Shown piece by piece: positions 1 through 13,594 of a stretch of DNA of 64,000 nucleotides. The notes under the pieces are model-generated. The model was not told the DNA's origin and searched no databases. It saw only the letters and a program-made list of their open reading frames with translations. Position 1 is the first letter of the stretch. Each line of letters starts with the position of its first letter. This DNA is from Paragordius varius (taxonomy: Eukaryota > Animalia > Nematomorpha), in contig OZ176053.1 of NCBI GenBank assembly GCA_964247055.1, forward strand, positions 434,001 to 498,000. The letters run 5' to 3'. A program made the translations under genes and the position numbers.

Positions 1-14
1 ACTCCCTCACTTAC

Positions 15-358
15 TTTTTGCAAGTCCATAAGTTTTGATTTCGTTTGACCCGTAAACATTATTCGAATGTACTTATTGGATGATATCTTACAGCAACCAT
101 TCAATTTTCCACCAATGTTAGCCGACAATGTATTTTTAGGGGAGGAATGATCAAATATTTCAACATTGTTTGCGCTGTTTGAATTGTTTAAGGGTATTAT
201 TGTGTTTGATGATAGGGATATCCGTTTACTTAACATTGCGGCAACTTGAATTAATCGTTTTTTATTCGCCATCTCCCATGTTGCCTGTGAACTGACACGG
301 TTTTATAATAATAATAAAATTGAAATTACAATTAAAAAGTTTGAGAACGAGATCAGCA

Positions 359-389
<31 letters not shown>

Positions 390-3300
390 AATTGTTGAAA
401 ACTTTCATTCGTATAAAGTTAAATACATTGTTTATTAAAATAAGAAATGTGTTTCGGATCTGCTAAATATCCACAATATCTTATCATTTTAGTAAATTTA
501 TAATTAGATTACATAGAATTATTAACAATGTATTAAATTATAAAGTTATAATAACTAAAAAGTATAAGATACTAATATTTGTTCTCTATCTATCATAAAG
601 GTAATCATAATATCCTTGATTTCCTTTATTTTTAATATACAATCAATTAAATATATGAATAAAAGTATGATAAATTATGAAATTAAATGTGTCACCAATT
701 TATTTATTCCTTACTTCGTGAGAGCGATAAATAGGATAGGTTATATTGAAAAAACACATAAAAAAGTTATGAAAAAAATGGTTTTCTTTATAATAGTAAA
801 AAATTAATGCATATTTTAAACATTACCACTATATAATTTAAATTTTTACTTTATATCTGGAGCAGTGCTAAGATCCACAATTTCTGGCGTTTGTTGAGTA
901 ACGTTATTACTAAATTTTGATTCTAAGCCTGAAAGATTGTGGCCATTTTTATGGTCAGGTTCTGTCGTTATTTGATCAAAAGATCGTTTTTTCCCACCAT
1001 TTCGTTTTCTATATTATGAGAAAGAAATAAAAAAAAAATAACCATAAAAAAGGTAAAAATTAATGAAACCTTTTTTTTCGTAAAGAAACGTAAAATTACT
1101 CTAAAAGCAAATTATTAATCTAACCTACAAAACATTTTTTTAAATAGCTTTTCTTATGTAAAATTTAACTTTTTATTACACAAAATTTTGAGTTTTCACG
1201 TTTTATGTTGTATATCTTTACATTGTATTCAAGTCAATAAAGACAAACCAATATTTTTGCAAATTTTTTTCGCAATCTATATATATATATATATATATAA
1301 AATTGAAATTATACGGACAAAATGTATAAATATATAGACAAATATATCTAAAAGACAACCATGCTTTTTAAAATCTTAATTTTTCTCATATATGCTATAT
1401 AGTTACAATTATAAAATATAAAATTGATTGTGTAAATAATATATATCTCTATTTCACATTATGCCATTTAAAACAATGAGTTAAATTGAAATAAATCAAG
1501 ATTCAAAAAGTATGGTTGTTGTGTTTTAGAAAAAAATATTTGTCTTGATATTTTTACGTTTTGTCCATAGTAAATTTTAGTTTTTACTGTATTTTATATA
1601 TATATAACATATACTCTGATGACAATTGTTTTGAACCGTTGGTTTTAGATAAAGTGTCATGCATTTTTATAGCTTCTTGAATCGTTGAGTTACTTAAAGT
1701 TAGGGGTTTCTTCCAGGGTTCTATGTATGAATGAATCAAAAATAGATAAAATTTAAATAAATTTTAATTTTTACTATTATATACCACCATTTACGATTAT
1801 TCAAATTGGCCCTCCTAAAAATAAATTATGTGCGTTAAGGCCTATATATATCCACATTAATATGAAACTTTATGCATACATAATTTATTATTTTTTCATG
1901 TATTAATTAAATTTTAAGCTAATAATATAAAAAATATAGGTGATTTTTAATCTTAAAAAAACACAAAAATTATTTTAGGGTAAATTTGAATTGTTCAAGG
2001 GTGAATTTAAAGTGTAAATGGTATATATATATATATATATATTTTTGTGCAAAAAAATATACCCAATAATTTAGGCACTTCATTCCAGTACTCCAAAAAC
2101 AAGGGTTTATATATTGTTTTAGGATTTTCAGAGCCTAACCCATTTATATCTGGCAAAAATTCAGCATTTGAATTTTGTTCAATATCATACATATAAGTAT
2201 AAGGAAATTTCGACGAAAGTTCCACCTTAGAATCATTTTTTACCGTTTTTTCACGCAGGAAAAAGGGTGTTTGTGAGACCATTTTAACAGCTTTATACTT
2301 GATATTTATATCAGAATTTTCTTGATTTTCATTATGATTATTGTTATTAAGAGAAAGAGTTTTGTTTAAAATTTTTATTTCAACATTTTCTGGTTCTAAT
2401 TCTTCTGATGGTGATATATTGGCTTGAAACATTTGTAACGTTAAACAATCAATAAGCCATTGACTGGTTATTATGGGAATATTCCATTCCAAAGCCTTTT
2501 CAATTTTTTCGCTTTCGATATCGATTCCCGCATTATTACTAAAGGCGAGTTAGTTAAATGAAAATATGCTTTAAAAGATTATTGATAATAAATAATTATG
2601 TTTTTTAACAAAAGAATAGTGAATTGGTTGTTTAAGGATGGAAACAATGTAATAAAAAACAATTTTGTTGAACATATTATTTACAAGTTCTATCGTAAAA
2701 ATTTGTTTTGTAAAAAATTGTAAGATTATCTTATAAAATATTTTTTTATAATACTGTAAATACAGTAAAAATTAAAATTATACCGACAAAACATAAAAAT
2801 ATAAAAGCAAATATTTTCAAAAAACAACCATACATAATTACACCTAAATTTTTCCAATATAAATATTTAATTACCTGAGGTAAAACTAAACTCACTTTGT
2901 TGTACAAAATGCAGAAATTGGGTCCATAAAAAATGTTCCAACATAAAAGGAAAGTTAATTAATAATAATAATTTCATCTGCACACCATGTGCTTCATCAA
3001 TACCACTGCCAATATCGAATCCATGTACTTTAAACTTTAACGGAGACAAACTAGAAGTTGTAACATCTTTTCCATATCTGGGCGATTATATAGCATCTGA
3101 TGGTTCTTTGAGGGATGCCATTTCTCATAGAATCAGACAAGGATGGGCCAAATTCAATCAATTAAAATATATTTTAACTAATAAAAATATCAAATCGAAT
3201 CACAAGATAAAGATTTACAAAATGGGAATAAGACCAGCTATGACATACGCTACAGAAACCTGGGCCCTTACAGCAACAGACCTAAATAGACTTACTAGAG

Positions 3301-6300
3301 CTGAAAATCACATGCTCAAAATCTGCAACAATAATTTTGATAATACCATAGAAGAGGATGAACCCATAGCTTTATTCATCCAGCGCAATCGATTGCGATA
3401 TTACGGACATAATCAACGTATGAATTCCGATAACTGGGTCCAAAAAATACAACATTTAGATATACCCGGTCCAAACAGAAAAGGCCGCCCTAAGCTCACA
3501 TGGTCCAAACAGCTGACCCAAGATCTATCACACTTCAATATTGAACACGAACAAGTCTTTGATAGGACATTGTTCAGGAAGTTGGTGCATGGAAACCCCA
3601 GATACCCTGGGACCTAAAATGAATGGATGGATGGACAAATGTAATTTATACAAATTTACACTCTATTTCATACTTTGCAGTTTAATATAATTGTGGAATT
3701 ATATTTGAAAAAATCAAGTTGATTTTTTTGAAAAAAATCAATACAGTAAAAACTGAAATTATACGGACAAAACGTAAAAATATAAAGACAAATATTTTTT
3801 TGAGACAACCATACTTTTTAAATCTATAAATATAACACACTGTTTTAAATGGCAAAGTGTGAAAATGAAATATATAATACTAACACAATCAATTCTATAT
3901 TTTACAATTGTAACTAAATAGCTTATATGAGAAAAATTAAGGTTTTAAAAAGTATGGGGTTGTCTTTTACAAAAAAAATCAATAATTGTCTCTTTATTTT
4001 TACGTTTTGTCCATCCATTATATAATTTCAATTTTTACTGTAATTGTCTATATGTTTTTAAGTTTTGTCTGTATAATTTCAAACTTTTTTACTGCAAAAT
4101 AAAATGTTTAAACCTCTTGGCAATGAGTATGGTGGTAACATTCCTATTAAGAGTTCCGGAATATTTTGCGCCAGCGCGCCAAATCATAAGCTTAAGTTGT
4201 TCCCTTTCTTCCCCATCAAATTGTGTGATTGATATTATCTGATACGGAGAGATTTATATTATTGCAAAAAAATATTAATACGGTGTAAAAATTTAAAATG
4301 ATTTAATAAATTTTGTAAAAGATATTGAATATATATAAAAATTAAAGAAGTTTGTGATGGAATGGAAAAAAGAAGATATTTTGGTTTTAAAATAAATAAT
4401 TTATCTATACAAAAAACATTTTTTATAAACATTTTTTATGGGCTGATGATATTAAGAAAAAAATGGTTTATAGTATCGCGGAATTGAAAAATACTGTCAA
4501 ATTTCGGTATTTAATGAATTATTAAAACCATACTATACATAGTAAATATATATATGAATCAAAATTAAAATAAAATTAAAATTCTACATAAAACTATTTT
4601 GCATATGTATCTATGACCTTTAATTTCTAAACATATTAAAAATTTATTAGTAATATCCTAATCAATAGTATTTTTCCCAAATTATAAATAACCTATATTA
4701 CGGAAAAAATAAATTAACAAAAAAATTAAATTGGTATAAAATGAAAAATCAATATCACACTTTAAATAATAAAACTCAAAAAAAATTGTCCAAAAAAATA
4801 ATAATAAAAACAAAAAAAAACATTTAAAACTTTTTACAAAATAAATAATTTTTTTTCTACATAAAAAAGCGTAAAAAAACCACACCTGTGATTGCATAAA
4901 ATGCGTAATGTTAGAGGGTAGGGTTGGCATAGGAAAATGTAATATTTTCCAAGGAGGTTCAGCTAAGATTTCAGGAATTTTATTCAAAGAAATTTTTTTC
5001 CTCGTTTCAGAATCGTCGGATTTGACATTTTCATTTTTGGCATTTAAGTCTGATGCAATGGTAGATGTCTTAGAGTTATTTGTGTTACATCGAGATATAA
5101 CATCATTTAACCAATGGGCTGTTATACATCTTTTTCCTGCTTTGTGTGCCTTTAAGAATTAAATAAAAAACAGTAAAAATTTATATACGGACAATACGTA
5201 AATATACCATTTACAGTTCAAATTCACCCTTGAACAATTCAAATTCACCCTTGAACAATTCAAATTCACCCTTGAACAATTCAAATTCACCTTTGATCAA
5301 TTCAAATTCACCTAAAAATAAATTATGTATTTTCGAACTAATATAACTAATTATTAATATGAAATATATGTTTATGGTATAGTTTATTATTTTTTAAATA
5401 CATAAAATATAGGTAATTTTTAATCTTTAAAAACTTATGGGTGAATTTGAATTATTCGAGGGTGAATTTGAATTGTTCAAGGGTGAATTTGAATTGTAAA
5501 TGGTATATATAAAGACATTTTTTTTCTATCAGAAGACAACCTCATACTTTTTCAAACCTTAATTTACCCTATTAAAATAATTTAATTACAATCCTATATA
5601 TAATACATAAATTGCTTCTGTTATCCATTTTTTGCAATATAAAAACATAGAGTTATTATTATTATAAAATTTAGCTTTAAAAAGTATGGCTGTTGTCTTT
5701 TAAAAAAAAATAATTGTCTTTATATTTTTACATTTTATTCGTTAATTTCAATTTTTTTGTAAAAATTAAATATATACAAAGATAAATATTTTTCCATAAA
5801 TATAACCATATTTTTTAAACCTCCTCCATTTTCATTAAATCACAAAATAAGGAATAGAGATGTAAATTGGTGTTGTTTATATATAAAAAAATAAAAAAAT
5901 TATGTATGGCTGTCTCTTTACAAAAAAAAATAATGGAACTTTAGATGTTACGTTTTGTCTTTATATATTTTTCCTGTAATAAAATTTGGAAACAAAAACT
6001 TTATTTATAACCTATATTTTATAAAAAAATTTAGTTATTATTCAACATATCCATTAGTTTTCTTTTGAAATCACACTTGGTAGGCTGCTATATAATCACA
6101 GATTAATAAGTATAAATTTATTCATAATAAAAAAATTTTTATCTTTATTTTATTTTACCTTTATAACTATACGTACCATTTACAGTTCAAATGTACCCTT
6201 ATTCAAGTACACACCTTAAACAACTCAAATTCACCCCTGACAATTCAAAGTCACCTTCGAACAATTCAAATTCACCCTAAAATAAATTATGTATTTTTTT

Positions 6301-9084
6301 TAAGATTAAAAATTACCTATATTTTTTATATTTTTAAAAAAGAAATTTATAATAACCTTTGCCATAAAAATATATTTAATTTTAATGATGAGTTAATTAT
6401 ATTAGACCAAAATTTCAAATTTATTTTTAGTGTGAATTTAAATTGTTCAAGGGTGAATTTGAATTTGTGTTCAAGAGTGAATTTGAATTTGTGTTCAAGA
6501 GTGAATTTGAATTGTTCAAAGGTTAATTTGAATTGTGAATGGTATATTATTCTATTCTGAATAGTTGAATACAATAATTTTAAAACTCAAAATCGCAAAA
6601 ATTACAAAATTCTATTAAATTTTGGAGGGTTCAACTTCAAAAACTTTTTTTATCAAAAATTACAAATTATTTTCAAAATTAGCTTCAAAAAAAATTATTT
6701 TTTTTCTTAAAGTAAAAATTCTCACCTTTTGCCATAACTCAGTTTGACTGGAGGTGAGAAAATGTGTAATTTTAGAATTGTTTAAATCTATATCATCGTT
6801 TCCTGTTATATCAATTTCTAGCAAAATCTTTCCACCATGTAGGGTTATAACCTATAAAAAAAATTATATAAAGACAAAAAACCTATAAAGTACAAGGTTA
6901 AATATTGAATAGAAACCATATATTACAAGGTTAATTATTGAATAGAAACCATATATTTTGATGCTTAGCTTTTTGATATAATTTTATTTTAATAAAACAA
7001 TTTTTGAATATTTATTAAGTTGAGTATTTTATCAATTTAGATCTATTATAAACCCGAAACGATTAGTCAGATAGAAAAACTATGGTAAAAATATTGTTTT
7101 AAAAAAATAGTTGTCTCAACTATGCCATTTTTCAGTTAAAGGCAACATTTTTTGAACAAATGCAACAATTTCAACATTTTTTCAAGCAAAGACAATGTTT
7201 TCGTTTGTCTTTGCCTGAAAAATGTTGTGGTTTGAAAAAATGTTAAAAAGTTGCATTCGGATGAAAAAATATTGCTTTTGTCTGTAAAATGGTAAATATA
7301 AAAATTAATTTATTAAATAATATCAAAAAGCATTCTTAAAACAAAATATAAAAACCTTTTTCCATGATTTAAGTAAATGAGCCGGTATAGTTTCAGCATA
7401 ATCGTCAATGTAAAATATGCAACCGAGTAAACATAAGTTGCTGGGAGCTATATAGTAATATAAAACGGGTTTTATAACTCATTTAAATGATTAACTCAAA
7501 TTTAAAAGTTAATTATATAAATATTTGGAATAAGTGATTCATTAGGTGCATAAATATTGGATCATTTATCAAAATATTACATTTTTAGCAATGTTTTAAC
7601 CGCTGACAAGTATATATATCATTTAGAATTCAAAGTCACCCTTAAACAATTCAAATTCACCCTAAAAATAAATTATGTGTTTGTGAACTAATATAACTTA
7701 TAAATAATATGAAATATATCTTTATGGCAAAGTTTATTTTTATTATCCTGATTTAAAACAAAGTTTTATTTTTTTTAAAATAAGTAAGTAATTTCTAATC
7801 TTAAAAAACATAATTTATTTGAGGGTGAATTGGAATCGTTCGAGAATTTGAATTGTTCAAGTTAAATTTAAACTTTAAGAGTAAATTTGAATTGTAAATG
7901 GTATATCAATTTTAGCTATTTCAAAAACATTCAAATTCAGCCAACTTTTATATCATGATTATTTTTTATGACGTAAAAATAAATTTTAATTTGCTACCCA
8001 ATTTTTCGTCCACACATGTGTTTTCAAGGCTGGTAGATGGCACATAATCTATATTCCAATGACCATATAAAGCTAAATTAATAATTGTCGTTAATTGAAA
8101 CGGATATTTAAGAGTTATATTATCAGCTGTTATTTTATCAGAGTTCGTTTCCATTGGTTCTGTCGGCAAACTCGTTGCCATAGTAATCGGAGCGGCAGAC
8201 GAAACAGTCAAAATGGCGTCTACGTCTGGGGTGAGACAAGTAGAAAAAGAATTCAAATATTTTGGATGATATTTAAGTGTATCCGCCACAAGGGTAGATA
8301 ACTCAATAGAATCTGTAATCCAATCTGGGGTTATAAATGTCAAATTTGTTGTTAATTGGAAAAACTCATTTAATTTCGTGCCTTCGGATAAGGTTTCAAT
8401 CCAATTCTCAATCGTTTCAAACTAAAAAGGAAAAATAATTATATATGTTTAAAAATAATTTGTATTTTTGTAAGAAATTATATATTGGTATTACATTAGT
8501 ATCTGTGATAACGTAAAAATCTTTCTCTTTGATTTCTTCCATGTATTTAGTGATATTTTCTATTTCAGGATTCGTAAACACTTTAAGATTTAGGATATGA
8601 CCACCATTAGTTAATATTAATGTCCAAAGAACATCGATATCTGACATCTAATCATATTTATTAAATCAAATGACAATACATCATATTGTGGAGATTTTTC
8701 GAGATCCACAATAAATATTTTATCTGTAAACAATTTGCGTTTGGGATAAAATAATTCTTGCCTATAATATATAATTTATATATTTTAATTACGGTAAAAG
8801 TTGGTCACAGGTTACTGATAACCTAACCCAATCGGGACTTACACAACTAGTTTCATGAATATCTCTAGCTTCTTCGATTTCGGGTGGGTCTTCCTCATTG
8901 ATTCCAGGAGTTTCTGCGATAACCAAACTAACTTGACCAGTTAAATAGCTATATTTTTTAGCACCTCGAGACTCTAACAAATCATCGATTATGTCCTAAT
9001 TACATGTTATATTAGACGATATGAAACTTCATCTTTAAGGTTTCCAACCACATAATATTTTATATTTTGAAAAAGTTGGTCCAT
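15..9084 (-). CDS. PAXIP1: PAX-interacting protein 1 (PTIP), multi-BRCT protein; 13 exons in the window, 3' end beyond the left edge
   Basis: Phase-consistent exons 9084-9028, 8995-8793, 8761-8680, 8647-8495, 8421-7998, 7447-7356, 6851-6726, 5149-4886, 4238-4114, 2538-2063, 1720-1615, 1008-850, 291-15. Peptides follow PTIP BRCT order: MDQLFQNIKYYVVG, SPDWVRLSVTCDQLLP, FITPDWITD, LLGCIFYIDDY, KRCITAHWLNDV, IISITQFDGEEREQLKLMIWRAGAKYSG, EKALEWNIPIITSQWL, PWKKPL, IMFTG. Confidence 0.9.
1300..1589. mobile_element. Family B Tc1/mariner-type MITE (TIR CAGTAAAAATTGAAATTATACGGACAAAA, TA TSD); left end lost in (TA)n
   Basis: The right end TTTTTACTG-TA is present and the internal sequence matches the other copies. 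Confidence 0.75.
1784..2021. mobile_element. Family A foldback MITE (21-bp repeat arms)
   Basis: TA-CC(ACC)ATTTAC ... GTAAATGG-TA ends; GGGTGAATTTGAATTGTTCAA units. Confidence 0.7.
2875..3636 (+). mobile_element. 5'-truncated RTE-clade LINE (PHD-like zinc finger, RT thumb and C-terminus, (TGGA)n tail)
   Basis: The frame is open from 2871 to 3617: NSLCCTKCRNWVHKKCS..FICTPC, then LEVVTSFPYLG, RIRQGWAKF, KIYK..IRPAMTYATETW, RLRYYGH, GRPK.TW. The 3' end reads aatgaatggatggatgga. It interrupts a family B MITE. Confidence 0.9.
3744..4040. mobile_element. Family B MITE (inner nested copy)
   Basis: TA-CAGTAAAAACTGAAATTATACGGAC ... TTTTTACTG-TA. Confidence 0.85.
5171..5976. mobile_element. Two adjacent family B MITEs (the first contains a family A insertion)
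   Basis: CAGTAAAAA at 5171; the first copy ends at about 5760 and a degenerate second copy runs to about 5976. Confidence 0.65.
5207..5503. mobile_element. Family A foldback MITE nested in a family B MITE
   Basis: TA-CCATTTAC ... GTAAATGG-TA; four repeat units on the left and two to three on the right. Family B sequence resumes on both sides. Confidence 0.85.
6176..6542. mobile_element. Family A foldback MITE
   Basis: Same termini and 21-22 bp repeat arms. Confidence 0.8.
7125..7290. repeat. Small imperfect palindrome (foldback relic)
   Basis: GCAAAGACAA / TTGTCTTTGC centre with inverted CAACATTTTTTCA motifs. Confidence 0.5.
7620..7901. mobile_element. Family A foldback MITE (left end eroded)
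   Basis: CACCCTAAAAATAAATTATGTG core and GTAAATGGTA right end. Confidence 0.75.
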
Positions 9085-9106
9085 CCAGTTATTTAAAATA
9101 TTTTAC

Positions 9107-9432
9107 ATGTTGATGAGCCCTTTATCGCGTTCGTCAATTCAGCGCGTTGATGTTTTAATGAAGTATGAAAACGACAGTTTGAATTTTCGAAAACAACGCT
9201 ATCGGCTTAATTCCTTAATTTATGAACAAAAATGCTTTTACATACAAATTAATAAGATTTTGGATATTCTAACAGTATAATCAATTTTTTAATTACCTTA
9301 AAGGATAAAATATATTCTTGTGTCGGCCATCTTAATTTTGAAAATCAAAGGGTATGGAACATTATAAATCGTTTACTTGAACGCTATGAAAACAAATTAT
9401 TTGTGGCTGAAAGGTTTATACAATATTGCTAA
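9107..9432 (+). CDS. Putative small orphan protein (98 aa from ATG 9107; alternative ATGs at 9113 and 9158), two exons
   Basis: Open frame 9107-9274, a 29-nt GT-AG intron (9275-9303), then open frame 9304-9432 ending TAA. The intron size matches the local micro-intron class. No homology recognised. Confidence 0.5.
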
Positions 9433-11396
9433 TCAGTAGTTCACTCAATTTACCCTCCTTAAATACCGGTGCTTCCTCCAATTTAACCAGAGGTCAAATT
9501 AAAGCAGTTTTATTTAATCGGCTTAAACCGTCAGTATCAAAATTGTGTAATGAAATATATATGCCATTTGAAAACTCTAAATAAATTTTATAAATTATAT
9601 TAGATGGGTGTATTTATTTGGGACATACGACATATAAAAAAGTGTCTTTTATATCGAGTATAAAATAATTTTTTTGTTAAACCGCAACGGTTTCAAACCG
9701 TTTTTTAAAAAGTTAGATATTTTTAATATGTTACTATATTCTTTTAACCTATTTCACCTTAAATTATAAAAGTAATTTTGTCTTTATATTAAGGAAAAAA
9801 TGCTCTAGGAAATTATACTACTAGGTTGATTTTATTTTATTAGATAAATCTCAATTATATGCTTACACCTCCATAAAAAATCATTCCCTTGAAGGATTTT
9901 TTTAGAAAATGTTTTCAGTCGAAAATACAAGGTTCATGGTCGTCATTTATGTGAAACCTATATTTTGATATTGTTGAATGTGTAAAATTTTATTTATATT
10001 TAATTATTTATTTGCAATTTATCACCAAGCTCATCTTTTTGATTAAAACAATTTTTTCAAAAATTTATCATTTATTAATGTGTTAAGTTAAATAGCAACA
10101 TAAATAGTTCACAAATTAAATCGCAAAGTAATTTAAGTAGACTAATTTTTATTTTCTGTCCATTTACATTTAATTATGCGGACAAAACATAAAAATGTTT
10201 TTTATCATTTATAAATATACCTGGAAATATTTTCGATTAAATTGAAAGTTCCTAAAACATTTTACAAAAAATACCACAATAGAATAATCTCAGTATTAAA
10301 GGGTTAATAGTAGCCTATTGGTCACAAAAGAACAAGCTTGGATATCCGAATCTTATCGAAAAATCAACTAACACTTTGTGCAAAAAAGAGCGTCAATTTT
10401 TTTAACAAATTTTTTTGAAGATAGCTAACCAGCGAATTCATTTGCAGCAAATATTTGAATTTCAATCTAACTTTTGATTTACCAATATTATAGGGCACAA
10501 GAACAATTAAAACAAATTTTCTAAATGCTCAGCCATAAAATTATACACAAAATGTGTTTTTATAAGCTAAGACGTTTTTATATCGTTAATATTATGCCTT
10601 AAAATAGTATGAAGTATTCCACAAAATTTGGCTGTTACTATTTTTTAGCAAATCCTCAATTTTCCTCCTTTTTTGATGTGAAAGTTATGTTTGATATTGC
10701 ACAATCTTGGCATTTTTACGAATTTTAAGATAATTAGCCCATTTAACACAAATCATTATTACTGAGATTTGTACGGATTTTTGGTTGATATTCAAATATG
10801 TCAATCTATTTTATTATAATTTATATATTTATGATTCCCGCTTTCATGTAAAATTCCAAAATAAAACAGCAAATTTATTATACACTCATAAAACAAATGA
10901 CAAAAAATAAAAAAACAATATTTTTAGCTATATTTTGATGTATAAATTTATTTGCATAAAATATGAATGTTGAGATTTTATAAGTGAGTTTAGCTAATAA
11001 ATAATTTAAAAAAATTATTATAGTTTCATAAAAAAGTTTGTATATTAATTATGTTAAAGGAAAACATGATTTTTGATCCTAGTTTTAATAAAAACCCTAA
11101 CTATACGATTTTGGGCTATTTACAAATCGTAAATATCAGATAAAATGATAAAAAAAATTTAACATAATAACTTTTATCAGTATTTTTTTGATTATCCTTA
11201 ATTTACATTTTTGCCCAATTCTTAATTTCTTCTACTATTTCAAAGGTAGTTCGTCAACAAATAAAAATTGCTGCGGCCAATATATTAGCTTTTTTATGCT
11301 CTATAATAAAAAATTTGCGTACATTGTAATATTATGAAATAAAATAACAATATTTTTTCAGCAATTAAATTTATTCATTACACATGTATTTATAGT

Positions 11397-12371
11397 TTAA
11401 TAATAAACATCATTTCCCGCGTTCCCTTGGTCTATATGAATAGTTTGAACGAGCGTTTGATTTATGGCAATGTCATATGTCCCAACAAGATTAGAGCTAA
11501 ATTCTTCAATAATTATTTCATTGTCAACGTATTTGATGCTCTTTTTAGGGTTTACCTGATCGTTGCGAACAGAATTCGAATCGACTAAAACACCGTTTCG
11601 AACTGGTTTTATAACGCATCGTTTGCCAACATTACAGATAACTGTATCGTTCCTAACTATAGTAAAAAAAGCCAATGAATAAAAAAAATTTCAAAATGGG
11701 TTGAGAATTCTTAAATCTGCGTAAAAAATTATCTGCAATTCTTTTTTTAACTAACCTTATTGACTAAAAAATATTCGAGATCACTGAATATATTCATGTT
11801 ACCAATTGTAAAACCGAGAAAATTGCAAAAAAAGTAGATCACTTAATTACTTGTTTACATTTTATTATTGAATCAATTAAAATATCAATGAAAAAAATAA
11901 TCTTTTTTTACCTTGAAACCTTAAATGGCCATGGATGGTAGCAATTAGTTCCTCAGTATTTTGGTTATTAGCCGGGTCTCCAACCGAAACTAATTTCATG
12001 GCAAAGTTAAAGCGTCCGTTATAACCCGGTGTCAAAAAATGTGTCATAAATTTCCTATTTTGTACGAGCGTTTGAAAGTGTACATCCCCATACTTAAATG
12101 AAATCTGGATCGAGGTTTTTGCCTCAGAATTTGCAAATACCTCTGGACAATTGGTTAGAACCTCACGAGCTAGATTATAGATTAGACTATCATAGATGTG
12201 ATAAGTTATATTTCTTTCTTGCGACGTTACAGGCAAATTATTGGCATCTTTTAAACAACCTTGTTGATGAGCTTCTGCAGTGTTTCCAACGTCGCTTGAA
12301 GGCTTCGAGTCCGGTATAGTGTGACCAAAGGAAAAAGTTAATAGATTGCATATAACAAATAACCAAAACAT
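11397..12371 (-). CDS. Secreted orphan protein (239 aa), two exons
   Basis: Exons 12371-11912 and 11656-11397 join in frame (FQ-V-RNDTV). The N-terminus MFWLFVICNLLTFSFG resembles a signal peptide. No family recognised. Confidence 0.7.
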
Positions 12372-13594
12372 TATGATTTTAACTTTGAGATTTTTTCGAT
12401 AAAAAATGGTAAAAATTTCAAAAAAATTTGATTGACTTAAACTTTGAAATCAGAGTGTAGCTTATATAGAAGAGTTTAAATTTCTCATAACTCTATATGA
12501 GTACAAACATTATAAAATTTTAGGTTAGGATGATACTATTTTTAGCAAATTTATTTTAGGATGGAAAACATAACTCGTGTTAGGTGCTGAGATGGTCAGT
12601 TATTGTTATACTTTTTAATTTTAAAACACTATGGCCATCATAACTTGGTTAAATATGTATCTAATTTTAAATATTTTTCTGGGGTTATTTCAAACTAAAT
12701 ATAGATGATTTTATTTTAACCACACATGTACCTTTAAATTTAAAATTAAAATAAATTAATTTGACCTTGTTATTTATTTTTGTTGTTGAAATCTAAAAAT
12801 AAAACTTGTGCAGATATTGTTTAAACCTAAAAATAATTATTATTGAATTTCCAAATATTATTTTTAGGAATCGATTAAAAATATATTCTTTTATCAACCA
12901 ACTCTTTAATAATTGTTGGCTAACATAAATTTTGAGATAAGATAGTAAATTATACCGACAAAAAATAAAAATTTAAAAAATTATTTTCTATTAGACCATA
13001 CTTTTCAAAACACTAGATTACGGTGGTAAAATAATAAATAGATATGTAAATTGGTAACATTTTTAATTATTCACAATTTTATTTATATAATTTATGTCAA
13101 AAACATAGAGGTTTAAATTAGTATAGTTTGTAAAATATTTAGTATCTTGTTTCAATCTTTATTTATAAGTAATGTGACCAGATATTTTTAACTTGAACGC
13201 AGTACAAAATCAAAATATACTTTGCCTTGTTTTTAAACCATCGGTGTGGAATATTCCACAGTTAAAAATATCCTGATGAAATATAATATCTATATATATC
13301 TATATTCTGATAGGAAAATATCAGGATTATCATGGTGCTTTTGGTTTGAACCTTTACGAGTTATTAAAAAAAGTTATTTACAATAAGTGCTCCGTATAAA
13401 ATTGCAAAAGGGGCGCAATTTTTCAAATATATTTTTTGGTGAATGCTAAATGATAATTTCAAAAAATATCACTAAAATATAACATAAACTCCATATAAAA
13501 AGCAAAACAATGTTTTAAGTTTTTAGATGTGGCTCTAAAAGTCCCAATTGGCTCTTTTAAAATTAACCGTTCTCTTAAAATAAACGTAAAATTC

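Larger units (their letters stand above)
2763..4094. mobile_element. Family B MITE interrupted by the RTE LINE and by a second family B copy
   Basis: The left TIR is at 2763. Host sequence resumes at about 3640-3742 and the right TIR is at about 4043-4094. Confidence 0.75.

Noticed and set aside
2600-2690. Open minus-strand stretch as an extra PAXIP1 exon
   Set aside because: Exon 4238-4114 joins 2538 directly in phase and already supplies that BRCT segment.
13273-13330. CTGATGA...GAAA as a second hammerhead
   Set aside because: Stem II does not abut GAAA, and the core is sequestered in a TCCTGAT/ATCAGGA inverted repeat.
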